Below, in pieces: positions 1 to 10,700 of a stretch of 64,000 nt of DNA. Location of the stretch: NCBI RefSeq assembly GCF_009914755.1, contig NC_060947.1; one strand, written 5' to 3'. Source of the DNA: the human T2T-CHM13v2.0 reference genome, Homo sapiens. Position numbers and translations under genes: made by a program. A model generated the notes under the pieces. The model saw only the letters and a list, made by a program, of their open reading frames with translations, did no database searches and was not told the DNA's origin. The first letter of the stretch is position 1. Each line of letters opens with the position of its first letter.

Positions 1-218
1 AAAGTCGTTTCTGAGAATGCTTCTATCTAGTTTTTATGTGAAGATATTTCCTTTTCCACCACAGGCCTCAAAGCCCTCCAAACGTCCACTTGCAGATTCT
101 CGAAAAAGAGTGTTTCATAGCTGCTCTTTCAAAAGGAAAGTTCAACTCTGGGAGTTGAATACAAACATCACAAAGTAGTTTCCGAGAATGCTTCTGTTTA
201 GTTTTTATGTGAAGATGA

Positions 219-235
219 TCCCGTTTCCAGTGAAA
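219..235 (-). promoter_or_regulatory. Degenerate CENP-B box (predicted non-binding), fixed in all HORs
   Basis: TCCCGTTTCCAGTGAAA: CGAA changed to TGAA, so the core TTCG is lost. Confidence 0.8.
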
Positions 236-389
236 TCTTCAAAGAGGTCCACATATCCCCTTGCAGATTCCAAAGAAAGAGGGTTTCAAAACTGCTCCAT
301 CAGAAGGATTGTTCAACTCTGTGAGTTGAATGCAGTCATCGCAGAAAACTTTCTGAGAATGCTTCTGTCTAGGTTTGATGTGAAGATAT

Positions 390-406
390 AGACGTTTCAA
401 ACGAAG
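390..406 (-). promoter_or_regulatory. Degenerate CENP-B box (predicted non-binding), fixed in all HORs
   Basis: AGACGTTTCAAACGAAG: CCCG changed to GACG, so the core CGGG is lost. Confidence 0.8.
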
Positions 407-556
407 GCTACAAAGTGGTCAAAATATACACTTGCAGATTCTACTACAAGGGTGTTGCAAACCTGAACTATCAAAGGAAGGTTCAACTCTGTGAGTTGAA
501 TACAAACATCACAAAGAATGTTCTGAGTTTGCTTCCGTTCAGTTATGGGAAGTTGA

Positions 557-573
557 TCCCGTTTCCAACGAAA
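557..573 (-). promoter_or_regulatory. Intact CENP-B box (recurs every 2057 bp)
   Basis: + strand TCCCGTTTCCAACGAAA is the reverse complement of TTTCGTTGGAAACGGGA and keeps the core nTTCGnnnnAnnCGGGn. Confidence 0.95.
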
Positions 574-1067
574 TCCTCAGAGAGGTCCAAATATCCCCTT
601 GCAGATTCTACAAAACGTGTGTTTGGAAACTGCTCCATCATAACGAATGTTCAGCTCCCTGAGTTAAACTCCATCGTCACAAAGAATTTTCTGAGAGTGC
701 TACCGTCTGGTTTTTATATGAAGTTCTTTCCTTCACTACCACAGACCTCAAAGCGGTCCAAATCTCCACTTGCAGATTCTACAAAAAGAGTGTTTGCAAA
801 CTGCTCTATCAAAAGGAATGTTCAACTCTGGGAGTTGAATGCAATCATCACAGAGCAGTTTCTGAGAATGCTTCTATGTCGTTTTTAGGAGAAGATATTT
901 CCTTTTCCAACACAGTCCTCCAAGCCCGCTAAATAGCCACTTGCACATTGTAGAAAAAGTGTGTCAAAGCTGCGCTATCAAAGGGAAAGTTCAACTCTGT
1001 GAGGTGAATGCAAACATCCCAAAGAAGTTTCTGAGAATGCTTCCGTTTAGCTTTTAGGTGAAGATTA

Positions 1068-1084
1068 TCCCGTTTCCAACGAAA
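1068..1084 (-). promoter_or_regulatory. Intact CENP-B box (recurs every 2057 bp; disrupted in unit 26)
   Basis: + strand TCCCGTTTCCAACGAAA, canonical box. Confidence 0.95.
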
Positions 1085-1113
1085 CCTTCAAAGAGGTCCA
1101 AATATCCCCTTGC

Positions 1114-1119
1114 GGATCC
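1114..1119. other. Diagnostic once-per-HOR BamHI site (GGATCC)
   Basis: TGCGGATCCC at 1111-1120, recurring every 2057 bp. A PstI site (1805-1810) and a SacI site (1788-1793) also recur once per unit. Confidence 0.9.
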
Positions 1120-1239
1120 CACAGAAAGAGTGTTTCGAAACTGCTGTTTCAAAAGGAATCTTCAACTCTGTGAGTTGAATGCAATCATCACAAAGAAGTT
1201 TCTGACAATGCTTCTCTCTCGTCTTTCTGTGAAGATAAA

Positions 1240-1280
1240 GGAAAAGGCTTTCAGGCCTTTTCCACCACAGGCCTGAAAGC
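1240..1280. repeat. Two overlapping perfect inverted repeats in the 186-bp monomer (once per HOR)
   Basis: GGAAAAGGC (1240-1248) pairs with GCCTTTTCC (1255-1263). GCTTTCAGGCCT (1247-1258) pairs with AGGCCTGAAAGC (1269-1280). Confidence 0.9.
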
Positions 1281-1424
1281 GCTCCAAATGTCCACTTGCA
1301 GATTCTGCCAAAAGAATATTTCAAAACTGCTCTATGAAACGCAATGTTAAACTCTGTGGCTCGAACACAAACATCACAAAGCGGTTTCTGAGAATGATTC
1401 AGTTTAGTTTTTCTGTGGAAATAT

Positions 1425-1441
1425 TCCCGTTTCCAAAGAAA
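1425..1441 (-). promoter_or_regulatory. Degenerate CENP-B box (predicted non-binding), fixed in all HORs
   Basis: TCCCGTTTCCAAAGAAA: CGAA changed to AGAA, so the core TTCG is lost. Confidence 0.8.
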
Positions 1442-1595
1442 TCTTCAAAGAGGTCCACGTATCCACTTACAGATTCTACAAAAAGACAGTTTCAAAACTG
1501 CTCCATCAAAAGGAGGGTTCAACTGTGTGACTTGAATGCAATCATCACTCAGAAGTTTCTGAGAATGCTTCTCTTTAGTTTTTACGTGAACATAT

Positions 1596-1612
1596 ACCCG
1601 TTTCGAACGAAG
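1596..1612 (-). promoter_or_regulatory. CENP-B box variant retaining all core residues (recurs every 2057 bp; disrupted in unit 29)
   Basis: + strand ACCCGTTTCGAACGAAG = minus strand CTTCGTTCGAAACGGGT; TTCG, A10 and CGGG are preserved. Confidence 0.88.
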
Positions 1613-1762
1613 GCCACCCAGTGGTCCAAATATCCACTTGCAGATTCTACAGAAAGAGTGTTTCGAACATGAACTCTCAAAGGCAGGTTCATCTCTGCGA
1701 GTTAAATGCATTCATCATGAAGAACTTTCTCAGAGTGTTTGTGTTTAGTTATGGGAAATTAT

Positions 1763-1779
1763 TCCCGTTTCCAACGAAA
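1763..1779 (-). promoter_or_regulatory. Intact CENP-B box (recurs every 2057 bp)
   Basis: + strand TCCCGTTTCCAACGAAA, canonical box. Confidence 0.95.
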
Positions 1780-4700
1780 TCCTCAGAGAGCTCCAAATAT
1801 CCACCTGCAGATTCTACCAAAAGTGTATTTGGAAACTGCTCCATCAAAAGGCATGTTCCGCTCTGTGAGTGAAACTCCATCATCACAAAGAATATTCTGA
1901 GAATGCTTCCGTTTGCCTTTTATATGAAGTTCCTTCCTATACGACCGTAGGCCTCAAAGCAGTCCAAATCTCCATTTGCAGATTCTACAAAAAGAGTGAT
2001 TCCAATCTGCTCTATCAATAGGATTGTACAACTCCATGAGTTGAATGCCATCCTCACAAAGTCGTTTCTGAGAATGCTTCTATCTACTTTTTATGTGAAG
2101 ATATTTCCTTTTCCACCACAGGCCTCAAATCCCTCCAAACGTCCACTTGCAGATTCTCGAAAAAGAGTGTTTCATAGCTGCTCTTTCAAAAGGAAAGTTC
2201 AACTCTGGGAGTTGAATACAAACATCACAAAGTAGTTTCCGAGAATGCTTCTGTTTAGTTTTTATGTGAAGATGATCCCGTTTCCAGTGAAATCTTCAAA
2301 GAGGTCCACATATCCCCTTGCAGATTCCAAAGAAAGAGGGTTTCAAAACTGCTCCATCAGAAGGATTGTTCAACTCTGTGAGTTGAATGCAGTCATCGCA
2401 GAAAACTTTCTGAGAATGCTTCTGTCTAGGTTTGATGTGAAGATATAGACGTTTCAAACGAAGGCTACAAAGTGGTCAAAATATACACTTGCAGATTCTA
2501 CTACAAGGGTGTTGCAAACCTGAACTATCAAAGGAAGGTTCAACTCTGTGAGTTGAATACAAACATCACAAAGAATGTTCTGAGTTTGCTTCCGTTCAGT
2601 TATGGGAAGTTGATCCCGTTTCCAACGAAATCCTCAGAGAGGTCCAAATATCCCCTTGCAGATTCTACAAAACGTGTGTTTGGAAACTGCTCCATCATAA
2701 CGAATGTTCAGCTCCCTGAGTTAAACTCCATCGTCACAAAGAATTTTCTGAGAGTGCTACCGTCTGGTTTTTATATGAAGTTCTTTCCTTCACTACCACA
2801 GGCCTCAAAGCAGTCCAAATCTCCACTTGCAGATTCTACAAAAAGAGAGTTTGCAAACTGCTCTATCAAAAGGAATGTTCAACTCTGGGAGTTGAATGCA
2901 ATCATCACAGAGCAGTTTCTGAGAATGCTTCTATGTCGTTTTTAGGAGAAGATATTTCCTTTTCCAACACAGTCCTCCAAGCCCGCTAAATAGCCACTTG
3001 CACATTGTAGAAAAAGTGTGTCAAAGCTGCGCTATCAAAGGGAAAGTTCAACTCTGTGAGGTGAATGCAAACATCCCAAAGAAGTTTCTGAGAATGCTTC
3101 CGTTTAGCTTTTAGGTGAAGATTATCCCGTTTCCAACGAAACCTTCAAAGAGGTCCAAATATCCCCTTGCGGATCCCACAGAAAGAGTGTTTCGAAACTG
3201 CTGTTTCAAAAGGAATCTTCAACTCTGTGAGTTGAATGCAATCATCACAAAGAAGTTTCTGACAATGCTTCTCTCTCGTCTTTCTGTGAAGATAAAGGAA
3301 AAGGCTTTCAGGCCTTTTCCACCACAGGCCTGAAAGCGCTCCAAATGTCCACTTGCAGATTCTGCAAAAAGAATATTTCAAAACTGCTCTATGAAAAGCA
3401 ATGTTAAACTCTGTGGCTCGAACACAAACATCACAAAGCGGTTTCTGAGAATGCTTCAGTTTAGTTTTTCTGTGGAAATATTCCCGTTTCCAAAGAAATC
3501 TTCAAAGAGGTCCACGTATCCACTTACAGATTCTACAAAAAGACAGTTTCAAAACTGCTCCATCAAAAGGAGGGTTCAACTGTGTGACTTGAATGCAATC
3601 ATCACTCAGAAGTTTCTGAGAATGCTTCTCTTTAGTTTTTACGTGAACATATACCCGTTTCGAACGAAGGCCAGCCAGTGGTCCAAATATCCACTTGCAG
3701 ATTCTACAGAAAGAGTGTTTCGAACCTGAACTCTCAAAGGCAGGTTCATCTCTGCGAGTTAAATGCATTCATCATGAAGAACTTTCTCAGAGTGTTTGTG
3801 TTTAGTTATGGGAAATTATTCCCGTTTCCAACGAAATCCTCAGAGAGCTCCAAATATCCACCTGCAGATTCTACCAAAAGTGTATTTGGAAACTGCTCCA
3901 TCAAAAGGCATGTTCAGCTCTGTGAGTGAAACTCCATCATCACAAAGAATATTCTGAGAATGCTTCCGTTTGCCTTTTATATGAAGTTCCTTCCTATACG
4001 ACCGTAGGCCTCAAAGCAGTCCAAATCTCCATTTGCAGATTCTACAAAAAGAGTGATTCCAATCTGCTCTATCAATAGGATTGTTCAACTCCATGAGTTG
4101 AATGCCATCCTCACAAAGTCGTTTCTGAGAATGCTTCTATCTAGTTTTTATGTGAAGATATTTCCTTTTCCACCACAGGCCTCAAAGCCCTCCAAACGTC
4201 CACTTGCAGATTCTCGAAAAAGAGTGTTTCATAGCTGCTCTTTCAAAAGGAAAGTTCAACTCTGGGAGTTGAATACAAACATCACAAAGTAGTTTCCGAG
4301 AATGCTTCTGTTTAGTTTTTATGTGAAGATGATCCCGTTTCCAGTGAAATCTTCAAAGAGGTCCACATATCCCCTTGCAGATTCCAAAGAAAGAGGGTTT
4401 CAAAACTGCTCCATCAGAAGGATTGTTCAACTCTGTGAGTTGAATGCAGTCATCGCAGAAAACTTTCTGAGAATGCTTCTGTCTAGGTTTGATGTGAAGA
4501 TATAGACGTTTCAAACGAAGGCTACAAAGTGGTCAAAATATACACTTGCAGATTCTACTACAAGGGTGTTGCAAACCTGAACTATCAAAGGAAGGTTCAA
4601 CTCTGTGAGTTGAATACAAACATCACAAAGAATGTTCTGAGTTTGCTTCCGTTCAGTTATGGGAAGTTGATCCCGTTTCCAACGAAATCCTCAGAGAGGT

Positions 4701-7700
4701 CCAAATATCCCCTTGCAGATTCTACAAAACGTGTGTTTGGAAACTGCTCCATCATAACGAATGTTCAGCTCCCTGAGTTAAACTCCATCGTCACAAAGAA
4801 TTTTCTGAGAGTGCTACCGTCTGGTTTTTATATGAAGTTCTTTCCTTCACTACCACAGACCTCAAAGCGGTCCAAATCTCCACTTGCAGATTCTACAAAA
4901 AGAGTGTTTGCAAACTGCTCTATCAAAAGGAATGTTCAACTCTGGGAGTTGAATGCAATCATCACAGAGCAGTTTCTGAGAATGCTTCTATGTCGTTTTT
5001 AGGAGAAGATATTTCCTTTTCCAACACAGTCCTCCAAGCCCGCTAAATAGCCACTTGCACATTGTAGAAAAAGTGTGTCAAAGCTGCGCTATCAAAGGGA
5101 AAGTTCAACTCTGTGAGGTGAATGCAAACATCCCAAAGAAGTTTCTGAGAATGCTTCCGTTTAGCTTTTAGGTGAAGATTATCCCGTTTCCAACGAAACC
5201 TTCAAAGAGGTCCAAATATCCCCTTGCGGATCCCACAGAAAGAGTGTTTCGAAACTGCTGTTTCAAAAGGAATCTTCAACTCTGTGAGTTGAATGCAATC
5301 ATCACAAAGAAGTTTCTGACAATGCTTCTCTCTCGTCTTTCTGTGAAGATAAAGGAAAAGGCTTTCAGGCCTTTTCCACCACAGGCCTGAAAGCGCTCCA
5401 AATGTCCACTTGCAGATTCTGCCAAAAGAATATTTCAAAACTGCTCTATGAAACGCAATGTTAAACTCTGTGGCTCGAACACAAACATCACAAAGCGGTT
5501 TCTGAGAATGATTCAGTTTAGTTTTTCTGTGGAAATATTCCCGTTTCCAAAGAAATCTTCAAAGAGGTCCACGTATCCACTTACAGATTCTACAAAAAGA
5601 CAGTTTCAAAACTGCTCCATCAAAAGGAGGGTTCAACTGTGTGACTTGAATGCAATCATCACTCAGAAGTTTCTGAGAATGCTTCTCTTTAGTTTTTACG
5701 TGAACATATACCCGTTTCGAACGAAGGCCACCCAGTGGTCCAAATATCCACTTGCAGATTCTACAGAAAGAGTGTTTCGAACATGAACTCTCAAAGGCAG
5801 GTTCATCTCTGCGAGTTAAATGCATTCATCATGAAGAACTTTCTCAGAGTGTTTGTGTTTAGTTATGGGAAATTATTCCCGTTTCCAACGAAATCCTCAG
5901 AGAGCTCCAAATATCCACCTGCAGATTCTACCAAAAGTGTATTTGGAAACTGCTCCATCAAAAGGCATGTTCCGCTCTGTGAGTGAAACTCCATCATCAC
6001 AAAGAATATTCTGAGAATGCTTCCGTTTGCCTTTTATATGAAGTTCCTTCCTATACGACCGTAGGCCTCAAAGCAGTCCAAATCTCCATTTGCAGATTCT
6101 ACAAAAAGAGTGATTCCAATCTGCTCTATCAATAGGATTGTACAACTCCATGAGTTGAATGCCATCCTCACAAAGTCGTTTCTGAGAATGCTTCTATCTA
6201 CTTTTTATGTGAAGATATTTCCTTTTCCACCACAGGCCTCAAATCCCTCCAAACGTCCACTTGCAGATTCTCGAAAAAGAGTGTTTCATAGCTGCTCTTT
6301 CAAAAGGAAAGTTCAACTCTGGGAGTTGAATACAAACATCACAAAGTAGTTTCCGAGAATGCTTCTGTTTAGTTTTTATGTGAAGATGATCCCGTTTCCA
6401 GTGAAATCTTCAAAGAGGTCCACATATCCCCTTGCAGATTCCAAAGAAAGAGGGTTTCAAAACTGCTCCATCAGAAGGATTGTTCAACTCTGTGAGTTGA
6501 ATGCAGTCATCGCAGAAAACTTTCTGAGAATGCTTCTGTCTAGGTTTGATGTGAAGATATAGACGTTTCAAACGAAGGCTACAAAGTGGTCAAAATATAC
6601 ACTTGCAGATTCTACTACAAGGGTGTTGCAAACCTGAACTATCAAAGGAAGGTTCAACTCTGTGAGTTGAATACAAACATCACAAAGAATGTTCTGAGTT
6701 TGCTTCCGTTCAGTTATGGGAAGTTGATCCCGTTTCCAACGAAATCCTCAGAGAGGTCCAAATATCCCCTTGCAGATTCTACAAAACGTGTGTTTGGAAA
6801 CTGCTCCATCATAACGAATGTTCAGCTCCCTGAGTTAAACTCCATCGTCACAAAGAATTTTCTGAGAGTGCTACCGTCTGGTTTTTATATGAAGTTCTTT
6901 CCTTCACTACCACAGGCCTCAAAGCAGTCCAAATCTCCACTTGCAGATTCTACAAAAAGAGAGTTTGCAAACTGCTCTATCAAAAGGAATGTTCAACTCT
7001 GGGAGTTGAATGCAATCATCACAGAGCAGTTTCTGAGAATGCTTCTATGTCGTTTTTAGGAGAAGATATTTCCTTTTCCAACACAGTCCTCCAAGCCCGC
7101 TAAATAGCCACTTGCACATTGTAGAAAAAGTGTGTCAAAGCTGCGCTATCAAAGGGAAAGTTCAACTCTGTGAGGTGAATGCAAACATCCCAAAGAAGTT
7201 TCTGAGAATGCTTCCGTTTAGCTTTTAGGTGAAGATTATCCCGTTTCCAACGAAACCTTCAAAGAGGTCCAAATATCCCCTTGCGGATCCCACAGAAAGA
7301 GTGTTTCGAAACTGCTGTTTCAAAAGGAATCTTCAACTCTGTGAGTTGAATGCAATCATCACAAAGAAGTTTCTGACAATGCTTCTCTCTCGTCTTTCTG
7401 TGAAGATAAAGGAAAAGGCTTTCAGGCCTTTTCCACCACAGGCCTGAAAGCGCTCCAAATGTCCACTTGCAGATTCTGCAAAAAGAATATTTCAAAACTG
7501 CTCTATGAAAAGCAATGTTAAACTCTGTGGCTCGAACACAAACATCACAAAGCGGTTTCTGAGAATGCTTCAGTTTAGTTTTTCTGTGGAAATATTCCCG
7601 TTTCCAAAGAAATCTTCAAAGAGGTCCACGTATCCACTTACAGATTCTACAAAAAGACAGTTTCAAAACTGCTCCATCAAAAGGAGGGTTCAACTGTGTG

Positions 7701-10700
7701 ACTTGAATGCAATCATCACTCAGAAGTTTCTGAGAATGCTTCTCTTTAGTTTTTACGTGAACATATACCCGTTTCGAACGAAGGCCAGCCAGTGGTCCAA
7801 ATATCCACTTGCAGATTCTACAGAAAGAGTGTTTCGAACCTGAACTCTCAAAGGCAGGTTCATCTCTGCGAGTTAAATGCATTCATCATGAAGAACTTTC
7901 TCAGAGTGTTTGTGTTTAGTTATGGGAAATTATTCCCGTTTCCAACGAAATCCTCAGAGAGCTCCAAATATCCACCTGCAGATTCTACCAAAAGTGTATT
8001 TGGAAACTGCTCCATCAAAAGGCATGTTCAGCTCTGTGAGTGAAACTCCATCATCACAAAGAATATTCTGAGAATGCTTCCGTTTGCCTTTTATATGAAG
8101 TTCCTTCCTATACGACCGTAGGCCTCAAAGCAGTCCAAATCTCCATTTGCAGATTCTACAAAAAGAGTGATTCCAATCTGCTCTATCAATAGGATTGTTC
8201 AACTCCATGAGTTGAATGCCATCCTCACAAAGTCGTTTCTGAGAATGCTTCTATCTAGTTTTTATGTGAAGATATTTCCTTTTCCACCACAGGCCTCAAA
8301 GCCCTCCAAACGTCCACTTGCAGATTCTCGAAAAAGAGTGTTTCATAGCTGCTCTTTCAAAAGGAAAGTTCAACTCTGGGAGTTGAATACAAACATCACA
8401 AAGTAGTTTCCGAGAATGCTTCTGTTTAGTTTTTATGTGAAGATGATCCCGTTTCCAGTGAAATCTTCAAAGAGGTCCACATATCCCCTTGCAGATTCCA
8501 AAGAAAGAGGGTTTCAAAACTGCTCCATCAGAAGGATTGTTCAACTCTGTGAGTTGAATGCAGTCATCGCAGAAAACTTTCTGAGAATGCTTCTGTCTAG
8601 GTTTGATGTGAAGATATAGACGTTTCAAACGAAGGCTACAAAGTGGTCAAAATATACACTTGCAGATTCTACTACAAGGGTGTTGCAAACCTGAACTATC
8701 AAAGGAAGGTTCAACTCTGTGAGTTGAATACAAACATCACAAAGAATGTTCTGAGTTTGCTTCCGTTCAGTTATGGGAAGTTGATCCCGTTTCCAACGAA
8801 ATCCTCAGAGAGGTCCAAATATCCCCTCGCAGATTCTACAAAACGTGTGTTTGGAAACTGCTCCATCATAACGAATGTTCAGCTCCCTGAGTTAAACTCC
8901 ATCGTCACAAAGAATTTTCTGAGAGTGCTACCGTCTGGTTTTTATATGAAGCTCTTTCCTTCACTACCACAGGCCTCAAAGCGGTCCAAATCTCCACTTG
9001 CAGATTCTACAAAAAGAGTGTTTGCAAACTGCTCTATCAAAAGGAATGTTCAACTCTGGGAGTTGAATGCAATCATCACAGAGCAGTTTCTGAGAATGCT
9101 TCTATGTCGTTTTTAGGAGAAGATATTTCCTTTTCCAACACAGTCCTCCAAGCCCGCTAAATAGCCACTTGCACATTGTAGAAAAAGTGTGTCAAAGCTG
9201 CGCTATCAAAGGGAAAGTTCAACTCTGTGAGGTGAATGCAAACATCCCAAAGAAGTTTCTGAGAATGCTTCCGTTTAGCTTTTAGGTGAAGATTATCCCG
9301 TTTCCAACGAAACCTTCAAAGAGGTCCAAATATCCCCTTGCGGATCCCACAGAAAGAGTGTTTCGAAACTGCTGTTTCAAAAGGAATCTTCAACTCTGTG
9401 AGTTGAATGCAATCATCACAAAGAAGTTTCTGACAATGCTTCTCTCTCGTCTTTCTGTGAAGATAAAGGAAAAGGCTTTCAGGCCTTTTCCACCACAGGC
9501 CTGAAAGCGCTCCAAATGTCCACTTGCAGATTCTGCCAAAAGAATATTTCAAAACTGCTCTATGAAAAGCAATGTTAAACTCTGTGGCTCGAACACAAAC
9601 ATCACAAAGCAGTTTCTGAGAATGCTTCAGTTTAGTTTTTCTGTGGAAATATTCCCGTTTCCAAAGAAATCTTCAAAGAGGTCCACGTATCCACTTACAG
9701 ATTCTACAAAAAGACAGTTTCAAAACTGCTCCATCAAAAGGAGGGTTCAACTGTGTGACTTGAATGCAATCATCACTCAGAAGTTTCTGAGAATGCTTCT
9801 CTTTAGTTTTTACGTGAACATATACCCGTTTCGAACGAAGGCCAGCCAGTGGTCCAAATATCCACTTGCAGATTCTACAGAAAGAGTGTTTCGAACCTGA
9901 ACTCTCAAAGGCAGGTTCATCTCTGCGAGTTAAATGCATTCATCATGAAGAACTTTCTCAGAGTGTTTGTGTTTAGTTATGGGAAATTATTCCCGTTTCC
10001 AACGAAATCCTCAGAGAGCTCCAAATATCCACCTGCAGATTCTACCAAAAGTGTATTTGGAAACTGCTCCATCAAAAGGCATGTTCAGCTCTGTGAGTGA
10101 AACTCCATCATCACAAAGAATATTCTGAGAATGCTTCCGTTTGCCTTTTATATGAAGTTCCTTCCTATACGACCGTAGGCCTCAAAGCAGTCCAAATCTC
10201 CATTTGCAGATTCTACAAAAAGAGTGATTCCAATCTGCTCTATCAATAGGATTGTTCAACTCCATGAGTTGAATGCCATCCTCACAAAGTCGTTTCTGAG
10301 AATGCTTCTATCTAGTTTTTATGTGAAGATATTTCCTTTTCCACCACAGGCCTCAAAGCCCTCCAAACGTCCACTTGCAGATTCTCGAAAAAGAGTGTTT
10401 CATAGCTGCTCTTTCAAAAGGAAAGTTCAACTCTGGGAGTTGAATACAAACATCACAAAGTAGTTTCCGAGAATGCTTCTGTTTAGTTTTTATGTGAAGA
10501 TGATCCCGTTTCCAGTGAAATCTTCAAAGAGGTCCACATATCCCCTTGCAGATTCCAAAGAAAGAGGGTTTCAAAACTGCTCCATCAGAAGGATTGTTCA
10601 ACTCTGTGAGTTGAATGCAGTCATCGCAGAAAACTTTCTGAGAATGCTTCTGTCTAGGTTTGATGTGAAGATATAGACGTTTCAAACGAAGGCTACAAAG

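Larger units (their letters stand above)
1..2057 (-). repeat. One HOR unit (arbitrary phase): 12 monomers arranged as two related pentamers plus a dimer
   Basis: Box-equivalent positions at ~48, 219, 390, 557, 728, 899, 1068, 1254, 1425, 1596, 1763, 1934 and 2105 give spacings 171,171,167,171,171,169,186,171,171,167,171,171 (sum 2057). Type order B-B-B-A-A / B-A / B-B-B-A-A. Both pentamers share a 167-bp spacing with AGTTATGGGAA, consistent with SF3 pentameric ancestry. Confidence 0.9.
1..8827. repeat. 2-HOR (4114-bp) tandem duplication: units 1-2 repeated as units 3-4
   Basis: Eleven private SNVs (1340, 1397, 1617, 1669, 1859, 2028, 2087, 2130, 2812, 2848, 3366) all recur at +4114. First mismatch seen at 4714 vs 8828. 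Confidence 0.9.

Noticed and set aside
1240-1280. Rho-independent terminator or structured ncRNA gene at the hairpin
   Set aside because: Eukaryotic satellite context with no associated gene or recognisable RNA family; reported only as a DNA inverted repeat.
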